Assembly: GCA_049511995.1 (NCBI GenBank)
Contig: JBEKXO010000009.1
Span: 2,333-66,332, forward strand
From: Terriglobales bacterium
Lineage (GTDB): Bacteria; Acidobacteriota; Terriglobia; Terriglobales; Acidobacteriaceae
Reading direction: 5' to 3'
DNA: 64,000 bases
Below are positions 1-8,264 of the stretch, one piece after another (the stretch's first letter is position 1; the number at the start of each line of letters is the position of its first letter). The notes below the pieces were generated by a model. That model was given only the letters and a program-made list of their open reading frames with translations. It was not told the origin of the DNA and made no database searches. Position numbers and translations under genes: made by a program.

Positions 1-180
1 GGCTTCCGGTCCGATCGCTGCGGCGGCAAAAATCCACTCCTTCAAAACGAGGTAGACGAGAGTGATGCATTGTCGAATTGAAAACGCCCCCATCTCGATG
101 TTGAATAGAGCAAGCGCGATTGCGGGTCCAAGAATCCCACAAATGCCCGCTCCAATGAGGGCTGATTTCAAAGTTCTCAT
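1..180 (-). CDS. hypothetical membrane protein, N-terminal fragment (gene runs off the left edge)
   Basis: Reverse-strand ATG at 180-178 is preceded by AAGGAA. The frame stays open to base 1 (MRTLKSALIGAGICGILGPAIALALFNIEMGAFSIRQC...) and is hydrophobic. It is absent from the ORF track because there is no stop in the window. The SD spacing is short. Confidence 0.4.
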   Translation of the reverse strand, partial: MRTLKSALIGAGICGILGPAIALALFNIEMGAFSIRQCITLVYLVLKEWIFAAAAIGPEA

Positions 181-235
181 TTCCTTAGATTATGGAGCAA
201 AGTTTAGGTTTGCCAGCCAAACTGTTGTAACCAGG

Positions 236-366
236 TGTGGCTGTTGAAAAAGGAACCAAAGCAGTAATTTCAGCGAATTTTAGCGTCCACGGCAAACGAA
301 CATTCAATAAGTTACGTATGAATTTTGTTCTTGAAATTCCCTGAAGAGAGTTTTTCAACAGCCACA
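236..366. repeat. 15-16 bp perfect inverted repeat enclosing a 99-nt AT-rich spacer (MITE-like or hairpin element)
   Basis: GTGGCTGTTGAAAAA at 237-251 is the exact reverse complement of TTTTTCAACAGCCAC at 351-365. The spacer is visibly AT-rich compared with its surroundings. Confidence 0.7.
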
Positions 367-480
367 GGCGATTACACTCATTGGGAATTGTCCGCGTGAA
401 AGTGCCGCGGGAAACGTGGTGGGTTCGGAAGTTCGAACGAGCAGGCGGGGCGACGTCGGGGAAGCGCTGAGTTTGACCTC

Positions 481-585
481 GGCGGCTAAAGCCGAGCTTT
501 AGATGAAGGAGTCACCGCAGCGCTGAAGCGCTGCGCCACCCAAAAGCAGAGGCAAAAACTGTGCCACCCAAAAGCAGAGGCGAAA
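481..585 (+). repeat. REP-like composite repeat, copy 1
   Basis: It contains GGCGGCTAAAGCC, the palindromic hairpin GCAGCGC-TGAA-GCGCTGC, and a tandem 19-mer GCCACCCAAAAGCAGAGGC at 535-553 and 563-581. The 30-mer at 516-545 is identical to 1991-2020. Confidence 0.8.
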
Positions 586-610
586 CCCGGTCTCTCGTCG
601 CGGCCCTCTT

Positions 611-1267
611 CTACTTCGCGGTCACCAGCGAATGCGTGATCGCATGCACTGAAAGCGCGATGCGGTTCTGCACTCCTACTTTGCGCATCAATTTGGCTAC
701 GTGAGCTTTTACGGTGCGTTCTTCTATGCCCAAAGCGGAGCCGATTTCTTTGTTCGAGCGGCCGGCTACCAGCATCTCAAGTACTTCTTTCTCGCGGTCG
801 GTGAAGGTGATGCGGCCGGCGGGGAAGATGCGACCGGGAGAAGCGCTTACGCGTTCGATGAAAGTGGAGAGGACGCGGCGCGGGGCCCAGACGGAGCCTT
901 GATTCACGATGCGCAGAGCCTGGATGAATTCGGCTGGTGAGGCGGCTTCATCGACGTAGCCTTTGGCGCCGGCGGCGATGGCTTTGAGGACGCTTTCATC
1001 GTCCATGCCGGAGCCGGTTACGATGATACGCAGATCGGGGCGAACGGCCTTCATGCTGGCCATAATGTCGTAGAGGTTCTGACCGCCGCGATTGCCGAGG
1101 AGGACGAGGTCGATGTTGGGCAACTGGCTAAGGTCGGCCAGCGAGGCGGAAACCAGTTCGAGATCAGGTTCGGTATCGAAGAGGGCCCGGAATCCGACAA
1201 AGCGCAGTGGATCGCTCTCCACTACGGCGACACGTATCAGCGGCTTTCTGGCGACGGCAGCTTTCAT
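611..1267 (-). CDS. LuxR/NarL-family regulator with a degenerate (pseudo-)receiver domain
   Basis: The C-terminus is a LuxR HTH (TDREKEVLEMLVAGRSNKEIGSALGIEERTVKAHVAKLMRKVGV). The N-terminus has a receiver-like fold, but the expected phospho-acceptor position reads DLVLLG (Gly where Asp is expected). Confidence 0.85.
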   Translation of the reverse strand: MKAAVARKPLIRVAVVESDPLRFVGFRALFDTEPDLELVSASLADLSQLPNIDLVLLGNRGGQNLYDIMASMKAVRPDLRIIVTGSGMDDESVLKAIAAGAKGYVDEAASPAEFIQALRIVNQGSVWAPRRVLSTFIERVSASPGRIFPAGRITFTDREKEVLEMLVAGRSNKEIGSALGIEERTVKAHVAKLMRKVGVQNRIALSVHAITHSLVTAK

Positions 1268-1413
1268 CAGTTTGCCTGTTTCCCTGTTAGGATTGCATCC
1301 TGTTCAAGATTGCCTGAAGCGGCACGGAATTGAAACGATTGCTATGCGATACAAATTACGGGGGTAACCCCTAAAGTTTGGCCACAGATGGGCATTGGAG
1401 GAGGGTTTGGCAA

Positions 1414-1911
1414 GTGAAACGAATATGTAGACAGCGATGTTGGGCGGGGATTCTGGCGGTGGGCATGGTGGGAGCGGGGCTGGCTTGGGCGCAGACTGAG
1501 GCATCGGCGCAGACCGTGGCCCAGACTGGGGAGCAGTCGTCGGCGCCAGCCACATCGACCTATCAGCCGAAGTTTCCTGGCGATCCGGCGCGCTCGGATT
1601 CAGAGGCGCAGGCACTTGGCTACATGCGAGTGGTGCTGCGGGCGCAGCGCGAATATAAAAAGCGTCACGATAAGTACGCGCCTTCGCTGGAGGCGTTGGC
1701 GGGGACGGGATCGTTCACCAAACGAATGGCGCACAGTACGGACCGCGGAGATTACACGGCCAGCTTTCGGACGCACGAGGATGGTTATATTTTCACCATG
1801 ACGCCCAACCACATGGACAGCGAGCATCGGTCGTTTTATGCAGAAGAAGATGCGGTTATTCACGCGGACGATCAGAAGCCGGCGGATATGAGCTCGCCGA
1901 AGATCAGGTGA
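1414..1911 (+). CDS. hypothetical secreted protein
   Basis: This is ORF 1378..1911. The likely start is GTG 1414, about 9 nt after GGAGGAGG. It has a signal-like N-terminus (ILAVGMVGAGLAWAQTEA). I recognise no family. Confidence 0.6.
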   Translation: MKRICRQRCWAGILAVGMVGAGLAWAQTEASAQTVAQTGEQSSAPATSTYQPKFPGDPARSDSEAQALGYMRVVLRAQREYKKRHDKYAPSLEALAGTGSFTKRMAHSTDRGDYTASFRTHEDGYIFTMTPNHMDSEHRSFYAEEDAVIHADDQKPADMSSPKIR

Positions 1912-1958
1912 GTCGTACAGATTGCTTAGAATTGCTCGCCCGCGGGAGGCTCCCTCAG

Positions 1959-2020
1959 CGGCTAAAGCCAGTGCCATAACAACGGCTAATCGCAGCGCTG
2001 AAGCGCTGCGCCACCCAAAA
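1959..2020 (+). repeat. REP-like composite repeat, copy 2
   Basis: GCGGCTAAAGCC is followed by CGCAGCGCTGAAGCGCTGCGCCACCCAAAA at 1991-2020. That 30-mer is identical to 516-545 and in the same orientation. Confidence 0.8.
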
Positions 2021-2059
2021 TCAACTGCGTTTGCCAAATGAGTTGAAAGACGCGAAGCA

Positions 2060-4456
2060 TTATTCAGGGCCAGTGATTTTTGGATTAGAGCTGGTTTCGT
2101 CGGAATGCTTGTCCTCTCCGTCGGTGCGGTCGGATGCCTCAGATTCAACCGTGTGAACCTGGTCGGCGATGCGGCGGGCGGGCAAGGGGCCGGCGTCGGC
2201 ATTGCGGCGCAATTCCCTGACAATGTCTGCATGGCCGGCTGCGGCATAGTCGTTTTCGAGGCGTGTGAGAGCTTCGGCGAGAATGTCATGGTGATGGAGG
2301 TTTTCGAGGCCGGGCTCGCGGGTGATATTCAGCCACAGGCGATGCAGCAGTTCGACGTCTTCATTCTTCATGGTGGGCGTGTGCGGGCCTATGCGGAAGG
2401 TGTCGACGTTGCCATTGGGCTGCACGATCTGAAGCAGGAACTGGCGCTTCGGTTCGGGGATGGCTTCCCACGCGCTGCCGAGGTTGAAGGCCTGCTCGGC
2501 GGTGGTCATTTTGCTGGAGACGCCGGAGACAACCGCTGACGACTCGAGATTGTGCGCGGTCTGGGCGATGGCTGACCAGGGATCGCGGGCCGGAACGACC
2601 AAGAGAGAAATCTTCTTGCCGAAGCTTTCGGCTACCGAGACGGCGCGGGTGAAGAGCGTCTGCTCGTAATCGCTGAAGACCTGCTCGGTGGAGAGTCCGT
2701 AGGCAGCGGTGCCGAACTGGCTGATGCGGGCGCTCATGACTACGACATCCTGCGCCCGCGTATCGATGCGATCGAGCGCCCACTTAAGGTGATTCAGCGT
2801 GTTGTAGTCGCGGACGGGAACCAGCACGTTGTTGGTGCGGATTCCGACGGTTTCGCGCTGCACGCTTTCTGCCTGCTGCAGTTGGAACTGCTCTTTCATT
2901 TGCGCCGCGCTGTGCGCGTGTTTGCGGCGATTCACTTTCTCGGAGAAGGTGAAGATGGCGAAAAAGATGATGGAGAAAATGATTCCGCTTACTGTGGCCA
3001 CCGACTTGGTGAAGAGATTGACGATGGCGGTCGAGAGCAGCACCATGCCGACCGAGGCCAGTCCGATGGGAATTTCGACGCCGAAGATATGAAGGTTGGG
3101 CGGAACCTTCCAATTGCGCTCGCCTTTATAGCGATAGCGTAAAACCAGCATCGAGATAGTTTTGAAGACGAAGCTCCAGACCACGCCGAAAGCGTAGGCC
3201 TCGCCGAGGGTGTAGATGTTGCCCCAGCTGACGATGATGGTGAAGAGTTGCAATCCGACAATGAGGTTGATGATGCGATAGGTGGTGCCGTAGCGCTTGT
3301 GCGGGCGGCGGAACCAGTCGGCGAGTACGCCATCTTCGCTGACGCGATTGAGGACGCCGTTGGAGCCGACGATGGCGGTGTTGACGGCGCCGGAAAGGAT
3401 GAGGAATCCGACGACGACGACGAAGGCACGGAAGGCGAGGCGCACGACTTCGGGGCCGACCATGTACATGGCCAAGCCGGCGATGAGGTTGTCGCTGTAT
3501 ACCTTCACGCGGACGTCGTCGGGGATGAGCATGACCGCGAGCAACGAGACGAGCCCGGTGAAGACGAAGCTGTAAACGCCGATAACGATGGCGGTGCGTT
3601 TCAGGTTTTTCAGCTTGGGGTGCGCCAGTTCGCGATAGACCTGGGCGAGCGATTCTTCACCGCTCATGGCGAGGACCGAGTGACCGAAGCCGATGATCAG
3701 CCCGAGGATGCCGAACATGTGCGGCAGCTTGCTGTGCTTCCAGAAGCCGAGCGATTCTTCGCTGTAGTGAATGTTGGCGAGAGTCGGGAAGGGCGGCAGG
3801 TGGCCGCCGACTTTGAGCAGCGTGAATAACGACCAGCCGATCAGCATGACGACCATGACGGTCGTGATCTGCATGACCCAGAGCGCCTTTTCGCTGGACT
3901 CTTCGATGCCTTTGATGTTCTCCCACCAAAAATAGAGAGTGACGGCAACGGCGAACACGACGGCCGTGAAGTTGACGCCGACCTGCGGCGTGCCGCCGAA
4001 GAGACGATGAACGGCGGAGGGAATCCAGCCGTGGGCGTCGGCGATGGCGATGGTGTCGTTGATCAGGCCGGCGATGTACTGTCCCGCGGAAACTCCGGAG
4101 ACGGGGCCGGTCAGGATGTAATCGAACATCAGGGCGGAGACGCTGAGCTTGGCGAGGGTGCCTCCGAGAGCTTCTTTGACGACGCGGTAGACGCCGCCGC
4201 GCACGAACATCGAGCAGCTCTCGACATAGACGGCGCGGACGGCGAACGCGAACAGCATCACGCCCAGAACAAACCAGGGGGCGCTTTTGCCGATGGCTTG
4301 TTCGGCGATGCCTCCGGCGTAGAAAGCGGAAGAGCCAAGATCATTGAGAATGACGGCGGCGGCTCGCCAGTAGGAGATAAAGGTGAGCATGACCGAGGTT
4401 GCGACTACAATCCGAACCCGGTTATTGCCGGTTGGAGCGTTGGAGGTCGATGACAT
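2060..4456 (-). CDS. APC-superfamily amino-acid/polyamine permease with a long cytoplasmic C-terminal domain
   Basis: The 798-aa ORF has about 12 hydrophobic segments in its first 500 or so residues. These are followed by a soluble tail of about 280 aa that looks USP-like. Confidence 0.8.
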   Translation of the reverse strand: MSSTSNAPTGNNRVRIVVATSVMLTFISYWRAAAVILNDLGSSAFYAGGIAEQAIGKSAPWFVLGVMLFAFAVRAVYVESCSMFVRGGVYRVVKEALGGTLAKLSVSALMFDYILTGPVSGVSAGQYIAGLINDTIAIADAHGWIPSAVHRLFGGTPQVGVNFTAVVFAVAVTLYFWWENIKGIEESSEKALWVMQITTVMVVMLIGWSLFTLLKVGGHLPPFPTLANIHYSEESLGFWKHSKLPHMFGILGLIIGFGHSVLAMSGEESLAQVYRELAHPKLKNLKRTAIVIGVYSFVFTGLVSLLAVMLIPDDVRVKVYSDNLIAGLAMYMVGPEVVRLAFRAFVVVVGFLILSGAVNTAIVGSNGVLNRVSEDGVLADWFRRPHKRYGTTYRIINLIVGLQLFTIIVSWGNIYTLGEAYAFGVVWSFVFKTISMLVLRYRYKGERNWKVPPNLHIFGVEIPIGLASVGMVLLSTAIVNLFTKSVATVSGIIFSIIFFAIFTFSEKVNRRKHAHSAAQMKEQFQLQQAESVQRETVGIRTNNVLVPVRDYNTLNHLKWALDRIDTRAQDVVVMSARISQFGTAAYGLSTEQVFSDYEQTLFTRAVSVAESFGKKISLLVVPARDPWSAIAQTAHNLESSAVVSGVSSKMTTAEQAFNLGSAWEAIPEPKRQFLLQIVQPNGNVDTFRIGPHTPTMKNEDVELLHRLWLNITREPGLENLHHHDILAEALTRLENDYAAAGHADIVRELRRNADAGPLPARRIADQVHTVESEASDRTDGEDKHSDETSSNPKITGPE

Positions 4457-4468
4457 GCGGCGCGCGCC

Positions 4469-4609
4469 CTAGTGGCTGTTCTCGTCCTTCCTGTCCAACA
4501 TGGTTCCGACATCTTCGATGCCGGTGAGCACGAGCACAATCGCGGAGCCGATCCATCCGGCGACAAACATGAATTCCAAAATTTTTATCAGTAAGACGGT
4601 GATACTCAT
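4469..4609 (-). CDS. small single-TM protein immediately upstream of the permease
   Basis: An internal ATG at 4609 within ORF 4469..4726 gives 46 aa (MSITVLLIKILEFMFVAGWIGSAIVLVLTGIEDV...). The stop lies 12 nt before the permease start. The longer ORF would collide with the divergent lnt start. The RBS is weak. Confidence 0.35.
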   Translation of the reverse strand: MSITVLLIKILEFMFVAGWIGSAIVLVLTGIEDVGTMLDRKDENSH

Positions 4610-4718
4610 GACACCGTATGGTATCTGATCGGCGGGGAAAAGGGCGCGAGATTTATTGAAGTTTACGATCGTATCTCGCGGCCCCATTTGTTTGCTATTT
4701 CGTTTGCTATGCTGAGGC

Positions 4719-6431
4719 GTGCTCAAAATCCACCGAAGGGCTTGGGGACTGACGCTGGTTTCGGCGGTCTTACAGGTTGTGATTTTTCCGCTGCCGAATC
4801 TCTATTGGTTCTCGTGGGTTGCGGTTGCGCCGTTGCTGGTCGCGATCTTGCAGGCGCGCGCGCCTGAGCCTGAGACTCTGCAATTACAGCTCGATGGGGA
4901 GCAGCATTTGCAGCCCGCCACGCTGTTGCAGGGATTCATCCTGGGATATGTGTGCGGAATGTTTTGGTTTGCCGGAACCTGCTATTGGATCTTTGACACC
5001 ATGCACCGCTATGGCGAAATGCCGATTCCGGCCGCTGCAGTGGCACTGATTTTGTTTTGCATGTATGTCGGGCTATATCACGGATTGTTCGGGCTGCTGC
5101 TGGCTTTGGTTGCCCGATCGACCGGCAGCGCAGCGAAGGTCGGTTCTCCGATCACGTCAATCCGGCGGGCGCTTGCGGCCGCTCCTTTTCTTTGGGTCGC
5201 GGTAGAGCTGGCACGGACACGGATTACGGCGTTTCCCTGGGAGCTTCTGGGCTATTCGCAGACGGCGAATTTTTCCCTTACGCGGATTGCGACGCTCGTC
5301 GGTGTTTACGGTCTGTCGTTTGAAATCATGCTCGTCAATAGTGTTTTCGCGGCTGCATTCGTGGTGGCGAAGGAGCAGCGCAAGAGTTTGCTGACGGCGG
5401 CTTCCGTGGCAGCGGCAATTTTGCAGGCGGGCCAACTGCTGGCGCCCGCTCCGCTGGCGACCGATCGCAGCGCGCTGCTGGTGCAGCCGAATATTCCGAT
5501 TCTGCAAGGCGCGGCCTGGACCAGAGATTATTTTCTGAACACGCTGCGCGAGTTAACTGATGTCAGCTTGCATCCCTTTGGAGGAAAATCCGCTGATGAA
5601 AAGAAAGCCCGGCACTTCGATTTGATGGTGTGGCCGGAGTCGCCGTCGCCGTTTTACACGAACGATCCGCTGTTCCGCGATGCAGTAAGCGGGCTAGCGC
5701 GACAATCGGGGAACTGGGTGGTGGCGGGATCGATCGGAATCAATCCTGCAATGAATAGTGGCAGCGGGAATTCGCAGATTTTCAACTCGGCGGCGCTGGT
5801 CAGTCCGCAGGGAGAGTGGGTGGGGCGGTATGACAAAGTGCATCTTGTGCCCTTTGGAGAATATTTGCCATTTCCCCAATTGTTCGCGTTTGCCGGAGGC
5901 CTGACGAAGGAAGTGGGCGAATTTCAGCACGGTGCTTCGCATGCGCCGCTGGATGCGGGCGGCGAGCGGCTCGCGATATTTATCTGCTATGAATCGATTT
6001 TCCCCGATGAAATACGGCAGGGGCCGCTGCAGGGCGCGCAAGTGCTGGTGAATATTTCGAATGACGGATGGTACGGCGACAGCGGGGCGTGGAAGCAGCA
6101 CTTGCAGCAGACGGAAATGCGGGCCATCGAGAACGACCGGTGGCTGCTGGCGGCCACGAATACGGGAATGACGGCGTCGATCGATCCTTATGGACGGATT
6201 GTGGCGGCGACTCCGCGCAAGGTGCGCACGGCGCTCGCCGCGCCTTATGCGCTGCGGTCGGGAACCACGTTTTACACGCGGCATGGAGATTGGTTCGCGT
6301 TTCTGTGTGCGATAATTTCAGTGGGCGCGGTGGTACTCAGTCGATGGTCGCCGGTCGCTAGTCGTTGGCAAGGACTCGCGAACGACCGACGGCGAACGAC
6401 CAACGACGTTGCGAGAAAGCATCCTGAGTGA
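4719..6431 (+). CDS. lnt: apolipoprotein N-acyltransferase
   Basis: A polytopic N-terminal half is followed by a CN-hydrolase domain (VWPESPSPF, KVHLVPFGEYLP, FICYESIFPDE). The last 25 or so codons run through a heptamer repeat array. Confidence 0.9.
   Translation: MLKIHRRAWGLTLVSAVLQVVIFPLPNLYWFSWVAVAPLLVAILQARAPEPETLQLQLDGEQHLQPATLLQGFILGYVCGMFWFAGTCYWIFDTMHRYGEMPIPAAAVALILFCMYVGLYHGLFGLLLALVARSTGSAAKVGSPITSIRRALAAAPFLWVAVELARTRITAFPWELLGYSQTANFSLTRIATLVGVYGLSFEIMLVNSVFAAAFVVAKEQRKSLLTAASVAAAILQAGQLLAPAPLATDRSALLVQPNIPILQGAAWTRDYFLNTLRELTDVSLHPFGGKSADEKKARHFDLMVWPESPSPFYTNDPLFRDAVSGLARQSGNWVVAGSIGINPAMNSGSGNSQIFNSAALVSPQGEWVGRYDKVHLVPFGEYLPFPQLFAFAGGLTKEVGEFQHGASHAPLDAGGERLAIFICYESIFPDEIRQGPLQGAQVLVNISNDGWYGDSGAWKQHLQQTEMRAIENDRWLLAATNTGMTASIDPYGRIVAATPRKVRTALAAPYALRSGTTFYTRHGDWFAFLCAIISVGAVVLSRWSPVASRWQGLANDRRRTTNDVARKHPE
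6339..6408. repeat. heptamer tandem array pair (GTCGNNN / NNNCGAC type), inverted
   Basis: AGTCGAT GGTCGCC GGTCGCT AGTCGTT is followed by AACGACC GACGGCG AACGACC AACGACG. The array lies inside the 3' end of lnt. Confidence 0.75.
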
Positions 6432-6437
6432 TAAGCA

Positions 6438-7542
6438 ATGTTAGATGAACTCGAACAGCAGTACAGCTCTCTGAAGACCAAGGTCCACGACCTGCGGGAG
6501 TATCTTTGACGCGGGTAAACTGCGCCAGCAGTTTGCGGAAATAGAAAAGCAGGCTTCGGACCCGAATCTGTGGTCGAATCCGGAAAAATCTCAGCAGGTA
6601 ATGCGCGAACGGAAACGGCTGGAGAGCTTGTTGTCGCTCGAAGGCGATCTGGCGCGCCGGACCGACGACATCGCCACTTATTTTGATCTCGCTGGCGAAG
6701 GCGAGAACGTTGCGGCTGATTTGCAGCGCGACCTCGAATCTTTGCGCGAGTTGGTGGACCGCGTCGAAACCGAGACGCTGCTTTCGGGCGAGACCGACGC
6801 GCTGAACGCGATCGTGACCATTCATCCGGGCGCAGGGGGAACCGAGTCGCAAGACTGGGCCGAGATGCTCTTGCGTATGTATCTGCGCTGGGCGGAGCGG
6901 CAGGGTTTCAAAACCGAAATGTACGACTATCAGCCGGGTGAAGAAGCGGGAATCAAGTCGGCGACTTTTTCGGTGATTGGGCAATATGCGTTTGGTTATT
7001 TGACGAGCGAGATCGGCGTTCATCGGCTGGTGCGGATTTCGCCTTTCGATCAGGCGAAGCGGCGACATACTTCGTTTGCCAGCGTCTATGTTTCTCCCGA
7101 GATTGACGACAGCATCGAGGTCAACATCAAGCCCGACGATATTCGCATTGATACTTATCGTTCGAGTGGCAAGGGTGGACAGCACGTCAATACGACGGAT
7201 TCGGCGGTGCGGATCACGCACATTCCGACGGGATTGGTCGCAGCGTGCCAGAACGAGCGCTCGCAGCATAAGAACAAAGATAAGGCGATGAGCATGCTGC
7301 GCTCGAAGCTCTATGAATACGAGTTGGAGAAAAAGCGCGAGGTCACGAAGAAGATTGAAGATTCGAAACTGGACATTGATTTCGGATCGCAGATTCGTTC
7401 GTATGTGCTGCAACCTTATCGCATGATCAAAGACCATCGTACGAAGCTGGAGATTGGCGATGTTGACCGAGTGATTGATGGCGATTTGCTGCCGCTGATG
7501 CGGGCGTATTTGCGAATGCGGCGCGGCGAGAAGAAAAGCTAG
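6438..7542 (+). CDS. prfB: peptide chain release factor 2, requires a +1 programmed frameshift (join 6438..6506, 6508..7542)
   Basis: ATG 6438 opens a 23-codon ORF that ends in CTT TGA C (6504-6510). The +1 frame continues without a stop into ORF 6601..7542. That ORF carries SPF (RISPFD) and GGQ (SGKGGQHVN). Confidence 0.93.
6495..6510 (+). promoter_or_regulatory. prfB: prfB +1 ribosomal frameshift site with an internal SD-like element
   Basis: The sequence is CGGGAG TAT CTT TGA C. The SD-like GGGAG sits 3 nt before the CUU slippery codon, followed by in-frame UGA and then C. This is the canonical arrangement. Confidence 0.9.
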
Positions 7543-7574
7543 CTGTCAGCCATCAGCTATCAGCCGTCAGTAAG
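7542..7574 (+). repeat. heptamer tandem array (NNTCAGC type)
   Basis: TGTCAGC CATCAGC TATCAGC CGTCAGT lies directly after the prfB stop. Confidence 0.7.
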
Positions 7575-7607
7575 AACCTCGGAGAGATCGCGGGGCGAAC
7601 ACTCTTC

Positions 7608-8261
7608 ATGTTGACGAGAACGAGCAAGAGGAAGTCGTTGAGGCCGCCGGTGCTTGGACCGCGTTTGCAGCGAGCTTTTCGCTATGCTGCCGAGAAACAT
7701 GCCGGGCAGACGCGGAAGCAAACGGCGGTGCCTTATCTTTCGCACCTGATGGCGGCAGCGTCGCTGGTGCTGGAGGCGGGCGGGGATGAAGATATGGCGA
7801 TTGCGGCGCTGCTGCATGATGTAGTCGAGGATTGCGGCGGGATGCCGAGGCTGCGGGAAATCCGCAAGCAGTTTGGTCCGCGAGTGGCGAAGATCGTGGA
7901 GGGCTGCACGGATTCGTTTGGCGAGCCGAAGGCGGAGTGGGTCGAGCGCAAGAAAGATTATTTGCGCGAAGTGGCGCACGCCGATACGGAGACGCGGCTG
8001 GTGTCGGCGTCGGACAAACTGCATAACGTTCGCACGATTCTCGCCGATTACCGGCGGGACGGCGAGGCCATCTGGGCGCGGTTCTCGGGAAAGAAGGAAG
8101 GCACGCTCTGGTACTATCGCGCCTTGAGCGACGAATATCAGCGGCGGGGAACGAACCGCATTACGCGCGAGCTTGAGCTTGCGGTCGCGGAGTTGGAAGC
8201 GCTGGTGGGTAAATCGAAAAAAGTTCGCAAAGAAAAACGCCGCGCTGATTTGAGGAAATAA
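7608..8261 (+). CDS. HD-domain protein, SpoT/Mesh1-like hydrolase domain only (possible small alarmone hydrolase)
   Basis: YLSHLMAAASLVLEAGGDEDMAIAALLHDVVEDCG matches the RelA/SpoT hydrolase HD signature (H...HD..ED). There is no synthetase domain. Confidence 0.7.
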   Translation: MLTRTSKRKSLRPPVLGPRLQRAFRYAAEKHAGQTRKQTAVPYLSHLMAAASLVLEAGGDEDMAIAALLHDVVEDCGGMPRLREIRKQFGPRVAKIVEGCTDSFGEPKAEWVERKKDYLREVAHADTETRLVSASDKLHNVRTILADYRRDGEAIWARFSGKKEGTLWYYRALSDEYQRRGTNRITRELELAVAELEALVGKSKKVRKEKRRADLRK

Positions 8262-8264
8262 ACC

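Noticed and set aside
6358-7437. 359-aa ORF on the minus strand
   Set aside because: It is entirely antisense to prfB, which carries the SPF and GGQ motifs. The translation is Arg/Leu/His-rich with no recognisable domain. This is a typical shadow ORF of a high-GC gene.
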